A DNA stretch of 64,000 nucleotides from positions 135,470,001 to 135,534,000 of the forward strand of contig OX597818.1 in assembly GCA_951406725.2 (NCBI GenBank), in the 5' to 3' direction. The position numbers and the translations under genes were made by a program. The stretch's first letter is position 1; every line of letters starts with the position of its first letter. The notes below the pieces were generated by a model. It ran no database searches. It saw only the letters and a program-made list of their open reading frames with translations, and had not been told where the DNA came from. Positions 51,311-64,000 of this stretch are shown here, in pieces. Origin of the DNA: Octopus vulgaris. Lineage: Eukaryota.

Positions 51311-53319
51311 TACCGTAATAAATTACATGTATAGACATTTTATGCTAATAATAAAAGGAGTCATACTATATATATATAAAATATGTGGAGTCATAAGCAT
51401 ATATTAATGTACGTGTTGTGTGTGTGTGTGTAAGACTGGGATATTTTTAAGCTTCGACATTTAGTAGTTGCAGAAATGTAATTAGGCATTAATTAATAAA
51501 ATACAATCAGGTTGATGAAATTCAATATTTAAAAATTCGATCGCTTCAAACGGAAGATTTTAACTGCCATTTCGGAATAATTTAAAAACGTCGAAAGATA
51601 CAGGTTTTTTTGGGGTTTTTTTTAATGAGCGTCTTTTTTTTTTTTTATTTTAAATGCGTTCCAGCCGTGACTACTACCTTGGCTTTCGAGAAATGTATAA
51701 TTTACAATTCAGTGCTCCCCACCGAGTACCACCAGAGTTATTACCGTATAGTTTTTTTTTTCAATTTTTTAGAATTAGCTTTGCAATGCTCTAAGAAATT
51801 GAGAAACATTTTCCATTTTGAAAAAAGGTTAACGAAAAATTTGTCTAAATATGCATCTCTATCACACATGCATTTATATACTATTATGCATAAAACACAG
51901 ATAATGATGACATACTACACGTAATTACACTTAGGCAGATCAGATATAAATATATTTATATATTAAAAGCAGTCAGTATTACAATAGAGGCGCACATAGG
52001 TCTGTTAATTAATTATAAGCATAGACACACACAAACATGTATTGATGGATATTTGTAATTATAATTTATAATTCAATTTTGATATTTCTTCAATATAACA
52101 GTTCAACAGAGTACAGGTTAATATGAGAGGGACATTTGGCTACTTTATCTATTATGCTGTTTATTAACTACAAGGTGAACTCTACTAAAAAGACAGTCAC
52201 TAATTTGAATCTAAGATAAAAATTAGCTGAATAGTTTAGAGTAAACTATAGGAAATTCACACAAAAGGATATATATATATATATATAATAATATTAGGGA
52301 ATAAAGCCAAACTTACAGGGGAAAATGAGATTTAGGATTAAATCCAATGTTATAGTATGAATAAATTTATATATATATTATATTAAATTAGAGATAAAAC
52401 CACTAATTAGGCAAATCAAACAATGAAAAACAAGCCAATACATAAAATTAATTAAAAATATAAAGGTTAAAAGTAAAAAATTTAAATAATTTAAACTTAT
52501 AAATTTTATATAGACAAATATATATATATATATATGTATGTATATTTTTATATTTATATAATAGAGATATTAAAATTACTAAGTCTCTATTTATATAATA
52601 TTCATATATTATTTTATTAATTAATTTATTTTATTTTATATATCAAAGGTATTAAAAGTTTAATAAAAGATAAAGAGTTTTATGTTTTTGACTGATTTGC
52701 CGAAGTGGTTTTATCTCTAATTTAATATAATATATATATCTATATATATATACATATACAAAAATACTAAATAGAGATGCGTGTGCTTAGTATATGTGGT
52801 AATCTTGCTCAACCATCCTATTAAAAAAAATACGTTTTAGGTTCGACTTAGCTAAAATTTATTTAAGAAAAATCTTAAAATAACCTGAATGTAAATAGAT
52901 AAACCATAATTAAATTCCATATTACACGGAATCACTTACAATATATATATATATTATACGTAGGCATTCGTTTAAATTTCTTTAAATTAAGATAATATCG
53001 TTAGACGCCGTTAATTGGTTTTTAAATTAAAAGTTTGGAATAAAGACAGAAAAGACAGAAAAAAGACAAAATACTTTCCTTAAAAATGTGAATTAAATAT
53101 TTTTGCATAACCCAGACAATACAACAATAAAATAATTAAATAGATATGAAATATTTAATAAGATATAAAGTCTAAATTGAAGTCCGGTGGTTGCTTTTGC
53201 TCGTCTCAGACACACAACTTGTTGGATTTTTTACCGTTAAATTAATGTCGAGCGGGGATTTTTTTTGCGTTTTTTTTCCCTTTTTTCCAACGTTCTTGAG
53301 AATAAAAAAGAATATTTAC

Positions 53320-53376
53320 CTTAGCACCAATTTGATTTCCACACTGTCCAGCTTGTACGTGTACAATCTCCCTCAT
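53320..53376 (-). CDS. TUBB: Beta-tubulin exon 1
   Basis: ATG...MREIVHVQAGQCGNQIGAK|gtaaat; canonical 57-nt first exon; the four exons total 1335 nt (444 aa + stop). Confidence 0.95.
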
Positions 53377-53679
53377 ATTTCTACGATTTTAATAAATTTT
53401 TAACGGAACAGGTTAAGTTTGATGTATAACAATGAAATCCCCAAACGAGACAAAAGACCTTCAAGCGTTCACTGCGCGTAGCACGACTAAATAAATCGCG
53501 TTATACTGCTCCTATTATATATTTACGTATTTAGACGTATAAGAGCGATATATGTAAATGTATGCGTAAATTTAAATGTATGTGTGTTTATCACTCCGCC
53601 TCGATATATATATATACACACACACTTTATTCAAATATATGTGTGTGTGTGTATGCATGTATGTGTATGTATATGTGTG

Positions 53680-53940
53680 TATGTTAGCAACGCCCGCTTC
53701 AGAAGCCGCGTTCCAGCTACATTGCTACGCACGTTGCCTAGACAACGGGCTATGATGCTCACTCCGCATTGGTTGATTCTTAACAGCAACGTCATGATGG
53801 ATATAGAAGTGGGGAACTATTACAGTGTCCATGACAACAGTTCGCAGTGCACCCCTTCCTCCCTCTCAATAATTCTTGGAAACATTTGCAGTAATAAATA
53901 AATAAAAAACACTCCTGGCTCAAAGCCATGGTGACGACTA
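53680..53940 (-). promoter_or_regulatory. Beta-tubulin upstream region with RFX X-box cluster and CCAAT box
   Basis: GTTGCCTAGACAAC at 53733-53746; GTGTCCATGACAAC at 53825-53838; GCCATGGTGAC at 53925; ATTGG at ~53768. Confidence 0.6.
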
Positions 53941-55499
53941 TCAAAGTTACTTGTAGGCCAACTCAAAACCAATTTTACTCTTCATTAGTTTATGAATAAT
54001 AGCAAAATAACCCTTCGTAATATGACAGTTAATACAACTAATTTACACGATTATAATTTTTTTAAAGTTCGAACCAGCGAGGGACACATGGTTCCTCGAC
54101 CTGCTAGAAAAAGCAGCCAAATCACCCCTCTAATCAAACGCAAAGAAAGAACACGCTAGAGAATATGGTATTGGGTTTCCTGCACGGAAAAAGACGTTGG
54201 TCACAGCGGGAAAACTTTAATCTTAGGTCTGCTCGAGTAAATCTGACCTTGATCTAAATAAAAAGCGGCGGGATAAGAAAAATTATTCTCACCCTCCAAG
54301 ATGAATAAACTAAATGATTATGTGTGTGTGTGTGTGTGTACAATGTGCTGTTCACTAAATGTTATTCGCAAAATTGGTCTTGACTCTAGACAAAAAGAAG
54401 TCCTTTTTGTTTAGAAAATAGTTATCAACCTACGATACAATTTATATGAATAGTCTGTGTTAATATTTTGTTTATTTCCTTCAATAACAATAAAGTATTA
54501 AAAATATTTATTATACAACGTAATATATTTTCTATCTGGACCGACTCAATAATGCAATTTTCAAATCCAAAATTTCTGCACTTCTGAGCCACCATAGTTT
54601 AAAACGTAACCACGTTTAATGAGTGTGTGCTTCTTCGTTTTGAAGTATTAGAAAAATGCCTGGTATGAATGTGGATCCTTCAGAAAATTGTTTTATCAAA
54701 ATACATCGGTTTTCAGACAAAATAACGGACACGACGGTTCATTTTCAAGTCATTCAAATGGCAAACAGCTTCCACATGTGGTTCGGCAGCTCGCCGCGTC
54801 TCTCCAACATGGCGGTTGCAATGCAAACTAAATATGTGAGTAAAATCCTTTCTACTAATACGTACAAGGACTGAAATTTTTTTTTTTGTGGTGCGGGGCT
54901 GTAAGTCGATTACATTGACACCACTTTTCAACTAATACTTATTTTATCGACATCGAAAGGATAAAGGCAAAGCCGACCACGGCGGGGTTCGAACTCAGAA
55001 TGGAAAGACGGGCGAAATGTTGCTAAATATGTGAATAATATCCGAATTTAAAATGAAATAACTATATTGCATTATTTTTTAATAATAACATGAAATTTCA
55101 CATTTAAAATTAACAGAGACTAGATATTGGGGAAAGAAAGATTAATTATTAGATATTTTTAATGACTATAAATATATTTCTCACAAATCCACAAACTTCC
55201 ACTGTGGAAATAAATTATGTAAACTGGTATACGGTACTAGTACCCTGGTATACTTCCTATTTGACACGCTATTTCATATTTTAGTAAGCTTTTTACACTA
55301 TCTTTGATTTCCTTCTATTGAACCTGGTGTTTCTAATATTTTATTTTTGTTTGCATGACTTAAGTTTTATATTTCATGTATGAGGGAACCCAAAACAATA
55401 AAAACATTTCTTATTCATAAATTATAAGAAAATCCAATTAAATAACATTCATTTTCGTTTTATTAAAGAGAGGAAAATCTTGGAGCTATTTTCGCGGTT

Positions 55500-55980
55500 A
55501 AGAAGCAGATTGGTGTTTTAAAAAATAGTTAATTGACCGGAAGTGATAACAGTGAACTCAGAAAATTTCACGTAAACAATCTATGTAACATAGTCATTGT
55601 ACAGAACGTGAGTCGACAGGCACGCTGCCATCACTTCCCGCTCTTTCTGTAAAATTTGTGGTGCTGGATTATTGCATTGTTCACGTGACTGTGTTGTCTT
55701 ATCATGCTTTGACATGCATGACACCAAATTGCCTTCTCAGTGTCGTCCATTGCTAGGTATAGTACTTTGGGACGGCGTACCTCAGCAGCTATTTCTGAAA
55801 TACCTTAAATTATCATTAGAATATACTATACAACAAGGTACCTATGGAGGCGGCAAAATCATTTGACTGAATACGAGGTGTAGTTTCGATTCCCGGTCAA
55901 AGACATTTCGTTTCCTTTAAGCCGCTCTTAACACCTGATGAAAAGAGAAATAACGCCATTTCACTTCCTGTCCGTTTCTC
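55500..55980. promoter_or_regulatory. Candidate housekeeping-type promoter
   Basis: Local CpG enrichment; ACCGGAAGTG (ETS) at 55536; TCACGTGAC (E-box) at 55681; ATTGG. Confidence 0.4.
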
Positions 55981-56097
55981 ATCGATAATCAGTTACGATT
56001 GTTTTCGCATCTCTCTTGAAATGACTTTAAAATATCTTGGATTTTTACGGTCCAGACAAAATTTTCAAGTCTAATACCAGAAAGTCCGATTCATTTT

Positions 56098-56258
56098 GAA
56101 GGCGTAACTTCGGTATAGGTACCGGAAGTACCGGATACATTTCAAGAAACTGTTTTTTTTATATATATATGGGGGTTAGGGGTGGGAGAAAAATGTTTCT
56201 GTTATCTCCAGAAATGTAAACAAAGCCACTTACGGTACCTATACCGAAGGATCGCCTT
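56098..56258. mobile_element. MITE-like inverted repeat
   Basis: AAGGCG..CTTCGGTATAGGTACCG / CGGTACCTATACCGAAG..CGCCTT. Confidence 0.65.
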
Positions 56259-56384
56259 TTTTTCAAACTAGTGAAGACAGAAACGTTCCAATTGTGACCA
56301 TCGTTTACTGACTCTAGTAATACATATAAATTACATTCAATTTTGGGGGATATTATTCATGCACAAAAACCAAAATTTATTGGA

Positions 56385-57345
56385 TCATCATCATCATCAT
56401 CATTATCGTTTAATGTCCGCTTTCCATGCTAGCATGGGTTGGACGGTTCAACTGGGGTCTGGGAAGCCCGAAGGCTGCACCAGGCCAGTCAGATCTGGCA
56501 GTGTTTCTACAGCTGGATGCATTTCCTAACGCCAACCACTCCGAGAGTGTAGTGGATGATTTTAGGTGCCAGACGAGGCTGGCGAACGGCCACGCTCTGA
56601 TGGTGTTTTTTGCGTGCCACCGGCACGGAGGCCAGTCAATGCGGTACTGGCTACGGCCACGTTCGGATGGTTTTCATATGTGCCACCAGCACTGGTACCA
56701 CAAAACTACAAATTCCATTAATGTTCATCGAGTTTGCTTTTGATTTTGTCCATTTTCACTTGCCTCAACAGGTCTTCACAAGTAGAGTTATGTGTCCCAA
56801 GAAGGAAGGTATGCATAGGTGCACTGACTACGTTCCAGGTAGGGGCCATGGGTTATGGCCTCACTTGTCCAGCCGGGTCTTCTCACGCACAGCATACTTC
56901 CAAAGGTCTCCGTCTCTGGTCATTTCCTTGGTGAGACCTAAAGAGCGAAGGTCGTTCTTCACCACCTCGTCCCAGGTTTTCCTGGGTCTGCCTCTTCCAC
57001 AGGTTCCCTCAACCGCCAGGGTGTGGCACTTTTTCACACAACTATCTTCATCCATTCTTACTACGTGTCCATACCAGCGTAGACGCCTCTCTTGCACACC
57101 ACATCTGATGCTTCTTAGGTCCAACTTTTCTCTCAAGGCACTTACACTCTGTCTGGTATGAACACTGACATTACACATCCAACGGAGCATACTGCTTCAT
57201 TTCTTGCAAGCTTACACATATCCTCAGCAGTCATGGCCCATGTTTCACTGCCATGTAGCATGGCTGTTCGCACACATGCGTCATACAGTCTGCCTTTTAC
57301 TCTGAGCGAGAGGCCTTTTGTCACCAGCAGAGGTAAGAGCTCTCT
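56385..57345 (-). mobile_element. 5'-truncated RTE LINE (RT C-terminus + 3' UTR + (GAT)n tail)
   Basis: RLYDACVRTAMLHGSETW and RRLRWYGHVVRM...RGRPRKTW. Confidence 0.92.
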
Positions 57346-58271
57346 GATCAAGTATTTGATTTGAAAATTTGAAAATATTCTGTTTTATACACACTATATT
57401 TAGGTTAAAGGAAATACTAGAGAGGAATTAATTACTATTATTGCAAGGAATGTACTGCAAACATGTCCTTTCTCATGATAGATGCACTGTTTGTTTTCTC
57501 GAGAAAGACAGGAACAATAACACTGCTTTCATCAACCATTTTTGTTATTTCACTACCTTAACATTGCTGATAATATTGATCTCTCATTTATGCCCAACAA
57601 GATCACACCACTTTGATAACCTTCCTCACCTAAGCATCCTCATGCAACCTAGTACACACATTATAGTGGTTGGCATTAGGAAGAGGATCTAACTATTTAT
57701 GCCAAAGTTGACACTACAGCCCTCCAGATACTGTCAAACCATTCAACCCATGCCAATATGGAAACAGAGAAAATGATAGTGATTAAATATTTCCAAAATC
57801 TTATCCTTTTTTTTTTCCTGCTTTCAAAAAATACTGGGTTGTTGACAGGATCCAGTAAGTTACAGGACTGCAGGGCTTGAGTGTCAACTCTAACATGATT
57901 TCTATGGTTGGATGCCCTTCCTAATGCCAACCACTTTACAGTATGTACCAGGTCCTTTTTTCATGCCACCAGCACTAATGATGTCACCATGTAACTTACA
58001 AGGCAATAGACACTGAGAGAGGCAGCTTTATGCGAGAAGATGAAGGGCTAAAGTACAAGAGAGAGAGAGAGGTGTGCAAAACAGAACAGGTATCTTGCTG
58101 TAGAAGAGTTACATAGTTACTCACATTTTAGAAATGAGGGTGGGGGTAAGTGGAGCTGGGAAGAAATAAAAATACTGGTAATGAGGTATCTCAATGGACC
58201 CTCAGGTTACAAGGTGAAGAGAAGTGACTCAATACAGAAGAAATGGGAGTGTGGGTGAGTAGAGTGAGAGA

Positions 58272-58636
58272 TGGATGGATGGAAGCACTCCGTCGGTTAC
58301 GACGATGAGGGTTCCAGTTGATCCGAATCAACGGAACAGCCTGCTCATGAAATTAACGTGTAAGTGGCTGAGCACTCCACAGACATGTGCACTCTTAACG
58401 TAGTTCTCAGGGATATTCAGAGTGACATGGCCGGCCCCTTGAAATACAGGTACAACAGAAACAGGAAGTAAGAGTGAGAGAAAGTTGTGGTGAAAGAGTA
58501 CAACAGGGATCACCACCATACCCTGCCGGAGCCTCGTGGAGCTTTAGGTGTTTTCGCTCAATAAACACTCACAACGCCCGGTCTGGGAATCGAAACCGTG
58601 AGTCCGCTACCCTAACCACTGGGCCATTGCGCCTCC
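58272..58636 (-). mobile_element. SINE family A
   Basis: TSD tagagtgagagat. Confidence 0.92.
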
Positions 58637-58952
58637 TTAGAGTGAGAGATAGGGAATGAGTGAAGAACAAGTGTTTAGGTTTGGTTATAGTGAATGGTGG
58701 ATAAGGAGTGAGGGTGTTCAATGACACATGGAGGTGAAGACTGGGGAAGGAGTGAGAGAGAGAGATTACATGTAGCTGTGTAGGTTGTAAGAATGTAAGG
58801 GGAGAGAGGCATGAGAGACTTGGTGATGAAGGAGAGATAATTTGGTGGTTGGTGGGGGTGCTCGGTGTAAAATGTGAGTGGAGAGTACAGTATTAAGGAT
58901 CAAGGATGGACATCAAGTAAAAGCAGTGAGAAAGATTAATGGTATCATGAAA

Positions 58953-59182
58953 GGCGGCGAGCTGGTAGAAGCGTTAGCACGCCGGGTGAAATGCTTAGCG
59001 GTATTTCGTCTGCCGTTACGTTCTGAGTTCAAATTCCGCTGAGGTCGACTTTGCCTTTCATCCTTTCGGGGTCGATAAATTAAGTACCAGTTACGCACTG
59101 GGGTCAATGTAATCGACTTAATACCTATGTCTGTCCTTGTTTGTCCCCTCTGTGTTTAGCCCCTTGTGGGTAGTAAAGAAAT
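58953..59182 (+). mobile_element. SINE family C
   Basis: Full copy; TSD ggtatcatgaaag. Confidence 0.88.
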
Positions 59183-59291
59183 AGGTATCATGAAAGAGCT
59201 TGAAGTTCAAGTGGTGGAGGTGTCTTGAGGACGAAATTAGGTGACGGGGGCCCAGTTATGTGTGTATATTGGTGTGTATACATGTATATAT

Positions 59292-59915
59292 AGGTTCAGT
59301 GGTTAGAGCGTCGAACTTACGATCGTGAGGTTGTGAGTTTGATTCCCAAACTGGGCTGCGTGTTGTGTTCTTGAGAAAGACAACTTTATTTCATGTTCGT
59401 TGCTCCAGTTAGCTCAGCTGTAGAAATGAGTTGCGATATCACTGGTACCAAGCTGTATCGGCCTTTGCCGTTCCATCGAATAATATTAGTGGTGTGGAGA
59501 GAGGAGCCTGGTGTGCATGGGTGACTGCTGGCCTTCCATAAACAACCTTGCCCAAACTTGTGCCTTGGAGCATCCTTTCGGGGTCAATAAATTAAGTACC
59601 AGTTACGCACTGGGGTCGATGTCATCATCATCATCATCATCATCGTTTAACGTCCGTTCTCCATGCTAGCATGGGTTGGACGGTTCGACCGGGGATCTGG
59701 AAAGCCAGAAGGCTGCACCAGGCTCCAGTCTTATCTGGCAGTGTTTCTACAGCTGGATGCCCTTCCTAACGCCAACCACTCCGTGAGTGTAGTAATCGAC
59801 TTAATACCTATGTCTGTCCTTGTTTGTCCCCTCTGTGTTTAGCCCCTTGTGGGTAATAAAGAAATAGGTAACTTTCTAGGTGCAATCACATGATCGTTCA
59901 TGACCAAAGGGGATC
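59292..59915 (+). mobile_element. SINE family E containing nested family C and family D fragments
   Basis: Family C 3' half at ~59571-59866 is itself interrupted by an inverted family D tail at 59622-59792. Confidence 0.75.
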
Positions 59916-60288
59916 TCCTCATGCATATGCATATAGGCATGTTGGTAGTTCTTAGAAAGTAGAACAAATTGCTTGGCAGTATTTATTCAAGCTCTCTAAT
60001 CTCTGAGTTCATTCTACCAAGGTCAACTTTGCCTCTCATCTCTTCATTCTTTAATTTTAACCTCTGTTTTTCCATGCTAGCATGGGTTTCAGCAGCAATT
60101 TATTTAAGACAGAATTTTACAGCTAGATGCTCTTCCCATCACCAGATCTTATGTTTTTCGAGTAAGGGTAATTCATTTTTTTCATGGTTACTAAATATAA
60201 TACCAATCCAGTATGGCTGATTAGTAGAACTGACACAGAATGTTGGACAAGATGCCTTATGGTATTTATTCTTGTACTTTATGTTTAA

Positions 60289-60510
60289 CCCTTTAGCATT
60301 TAAACTGGCCATATCCGGCCAAAAGTATTCTACCTGTTTTATGTTCAAACTGGCCAGATCTGGTCTCTCACACCAACCCTACAATATCGTTTTAAAAATT
60401 AACAGCTACCTCATCAAAATCTCATAGCTACAAGGTAATGCATGATTAGTTCAAAACAATGAGGATAAAAAAAGGATTAATTTGGGCAGAATAATGTGAA
60501 CACTAAAGGG
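60289..60510. mobile_element. piggyBac-type MITE, family 2
   Basis: TTAA|CCCTTTAG...CTAAAGGG|TTAA. Confidence 0.85.
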
Positions 60511-61096
60511 TTAAAGTTCTTAAGCAGTAGATTTAATCCATTGCCTGGTTTAATACCATTGTCTGGTCCTCAAATGTTTTTAGCAGAGTTTATTCTGTTG
60601 TAAGCATTCAGATCAGGTCTCTGGTTTGGAGACAATGAAGATAACTTCTCATCAGACTTGGAGGTGCAAAAAAAAATATAAGAGGGCATGTGTGCTACCT
60701 TTTCTTACTAATCATCATCATCAGCTTCAATTAGCATGCTTTCCATGCATGATCCAGTAAGCTTTAGTGCTGAGCCAAACTCCAGTGTCAACTTTATCGT
60801 GTTCTCTTTGGCTTAATGTCAACCACTTTACAGTGTCTATTGGATTCTTTTTTTTTTTTATGCCACCAGCTCTAGTGAGGTAGCCAAGTAAGTTGCAAGA
60901 CAGAAAAAGAATGGAGAAGGGAAAAGCTCCTATGATTGTTTGTAGAGATATTAGTGAAGGAAAGGTAGCTTATGCCAAGTGCTGAGTGGCTAAAGTATGA
61001 TAGAACATCTCACCACCTGGCAATAAGCCAGTATAAAAATGAAAAAAAAAACATTCTTTTTTAAATATCCTACACGTTGTTATCATTCATACACAA

Positions 61097-61478
61097 GGAG
61101 TAGCTGTGTGGTAAGTAGCTTGTTTACCAACCACATAGTTCCGGGTTCAGTCCCACTGCATGACACCTTGGGCAAGTGTCTTCTACTATAGCCTCGGGCC
61201 AACCAAAGCCTTGTGAATGGATTTGGCAGACGGAAACTGAAAGAAGCCCGTCGTATATGTGTATATATATGTGTGTGTTTGTCCCCCCAACATCGCTTGA
61301 CAACCGATGCTGGTGTGTTTATGTCCCCGTAACTTAGCGGTTCGGCAAAAGAGACCGATGGACTAAGTACTAGGCTTACAAAGAATAAGACCTGGGGTCG
61401 ATTTGCTCGACTAAAGGCGATGCTCCAGCATGGCCACAGCCAAATGACTGAAACAAGTAAAAGAGTAAAAAAAGAAAA
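61097..61478 (+). mobile_element. SINE family B
   Basis: Matches 291-700. Confidence 0.9.
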
Positions 61479-63024
61479 GAGAGAAAGCTGTCTCACACCA
61501 GATTTGCGCTGCTGACATAAACAGAAGCATCAAGACATGACAATTTAGGCTTCTTCAACACAACCAAGATACAATCACTATGTCATAGCTATACGCAATT
61601 CCATGCATCCATCTCTGTCCACTATTCCTGACAAGGCCATGGGGGTAGAGTCCTCAGGTACTTCCTCTATAGAGTTCTATCAGAGGCAGCTTTGTGGCTG
61701 AATCTCCAGGTGTGACCAACTGAGACTATGGATACTATCCAGACATCTCTTCCTTGATCTACCCTTAGTTTTTCTACTGGTTGGCTTGGCTTCAAGAATC
61801 TGTCTTCCAATTCTTTGCTGCAACTTTCTTATCACACATATAGAAAATCTTCACGTATTTAGTATTGTGCCAAAACTGCACCAGATGTCTAGGATCCTCT
61901 TTGGAGCCCCAGCAGTTGCTGAGCTTTGATAGAATTTAACTATAACCTGTACTGGATTAGTACTCATCTCGCTAACACAGTGCTGCTGCTGCTGCTACTA
62001 CTACTACTACTACACAAGTGTGTACATGCACACACATACGCAAACATATTTCACAAAAGAGACCATCTAGGTGATTGATAATCACTCATTCACCTTTACT
62101 TAACAACCATGCATCAACAAAAGAGGCTCTACATGAGCCAACAAACAAGCTTCTATCACCAAAAAATACCCTCACATTACACCCTAACATCTTGAACAAG
62201 GAAGGACATATTACATAATGTAGTCCAAGACTTCCGATGACCATCCCATAGACATCCAGTCCATGAGATGGTCATGGATAGAATGTCCTTGATTGTAAGT
62301 CTACCCAATCAAAGTTGATCTGATACTAACAACTTGTTTCTTTTTGAATTTGTTTTAGTTTTACTGCAATGGATTTTTTTTTCCTTCTCTCAAATGGCAA
62401 ACTGCATATCACCTCCACTCATGTTGCTTTCATCCATGTCATCTCCTCTCATGTTGTGTTACCTCTACACATATTTACTCTTCTCATGTCACATCCACTC
62501 ATGTTTGTAAAGCCAGATCAACTTGAGACTGTTTTGTCATTCCCGAGTGTGGGGAATATCATAGAGCAGATTTGATGTAAACAATGTTTGAAATTATGTT
62601 TGCAGGCTATCCTTGTAGCTAAACTACTTGCCTACGGTTTCCTGGTTCGATAATTTCCTGTCGGCATGTAGTGATGGATCTCTCTTAGGTCCACACTCTA
62701 TAAGTTTTGGTGTGTCCAAAGTTCAGCTTTGTCTCCCTCTTCTTGTACATCAAAGTCTACTCCTATACTTATGATACCACTTATCACTATTTCTAAGCCC
62801 TATCTACATGCAACCTATACACTTCACACCAAACCTGCCTCTATGAACAAAGACTTCCAAAACATTCTCCAATGGAGTCTTTTCCAACAGTACAAAGACA
62901 GTCCCTGCACACATCAAGTAAATGCCCTTGTATTCCCTCACCACCAATATATAAACAACATGTGTCTAAAAACCTTTAGATTACTACAAATATTAGAAGA
63001 CCAGGCAGGACAAGTGAGCCCAGC

Positions 63025-63380
63025 CCACTTATGCATGCCTTTCCTCCCTTGGACACACAAAGACCTGTTGAGGCAAGCGAAGTCGATATCGAACCTCATC
63101 CGACAACAGGCACCCATGCCAACCCCCTTTGCTTGCGAAGACCTGTTGGGGCAAGTGAAATCGGAATCGAAATTGAACCAATCCTATGACTGGCACCCGG
63201 CAGATGCCAGGACCCCTAGACTGGTGGTACGTAAAAAGCACTATCCGAATCGTGGCCGATGCCAGCGCCGCCTCGACTGGCTTCCATGCCGGTGGCACGT
63301 AAAAAGCACCCACTACACTCACGGAGTAACCCATGCTAGCATGGAGAACGGATGTTAAACGATGATGATGATGATGATGA
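63025..63380 (+). mobile_element. Family D RTE 3' UTR fragment with (GAT)n tail
   Basis: Homologous to 56385-56830. Confidence 0.8.
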
Positions 63381-64000
63381 TATTTCTAAAGATCTCTCCT
63401 GGTAATCTCAGTATAACAGCCTGCATCTCAGAGACTAGCCTTCCACTTCAGAACCAGAAAATGCTTCAGTTTCTAACACTTACTAGCTCTGTATAAAGCT
63501 CAAATGAGATCTTCAGTAAAATTAAATTTTGGACAGTGTTGCTGTTAAACATGTGATCATCTTAGGCCTCTTCCAATAAAAGTTACCTATCTAATTAACA
63601 TAGAGTCACTCATTAGCACATTCCAACCTCTAGCCTACAAACATGCTGTCTCCTCTCACAGCTTTTTCCACTGCTCTTCAGGTCCGGTTGCTCTTACACC
63701 TCCACTCATGTCTATCCAACCCATTTGCCTCTTCTTTTAGCACCCACTTTGTGTCCATCACCTACCACAGTCCTCATTACATAGGAAACCAAAACTACAG
63801 TTTAAGGATTGCGTAAAGCCCTTGTTGAAAGCATGTGAAATATAGGAGGTCAGTTAAGAAAGCAATGCTTGTCGTCGTCACTGATGGAGGAAACAAGTAA
63901 AGGAAGGAGCAATTATTTTCAAAAAAACATGCATTTTTCATGCAGTATCTAAGGAAGCTGCCCAAAAATACACTACCAATGCAGTGAATGGGGGAACCTT

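Noticed and set aside
55931-55960. ACACCTGATGAAAAGAGAAAT, resembling a hammerhead core
   Set aside because: No helix II pairing and no closing helix I
56610-57161. 183-aa plus-strand ORF
   Set aside because: Antisense to the RTE RT C-terminus
62729-63358. 209-aa ORF
   Set aside because: Starts at a non-ATG codon, runs through an RTE 3' UTR repeat, and shows no recognisable domain or splice support

Overview
AT-rich, repeat-dense eukaryotic (metazoan) DNA. The SINE/RTE content suggests an octopus genome, which is an inference and not a database result. Two intact spliced genes are present. The last seven coding exons of USP7 (+ strand, 3277-10953) are followed by a ~2.7 kb TE-free 3' UTR. 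A complete four-exon beta-tubulin (- strand, 53376-32607, 444 aa) has a 17 kb first intron, an axonemal EGEFEEE tail and upstream RFX X-boxes. The rest is mostly tRNA-derived SINEs, decayed LINEs (RTE, CR1, CRE-like, HERO-like), mariner remnants, piggyBac/hAT MITEs and non-autonomous Helitrons. The most unusual signal is a small element present twice (10.2-10.6 kb and 20.6-21.1 kb). It has a tRNA-like Pol III head enclosed by inverted arms, and each arm carries a Penelope-type minimal hammerhead ribozyme. There is also a decayed multi-exon gene nested on the same strand inside tubulin intron 1. Repeat boundaries were read by eye and are approximate.
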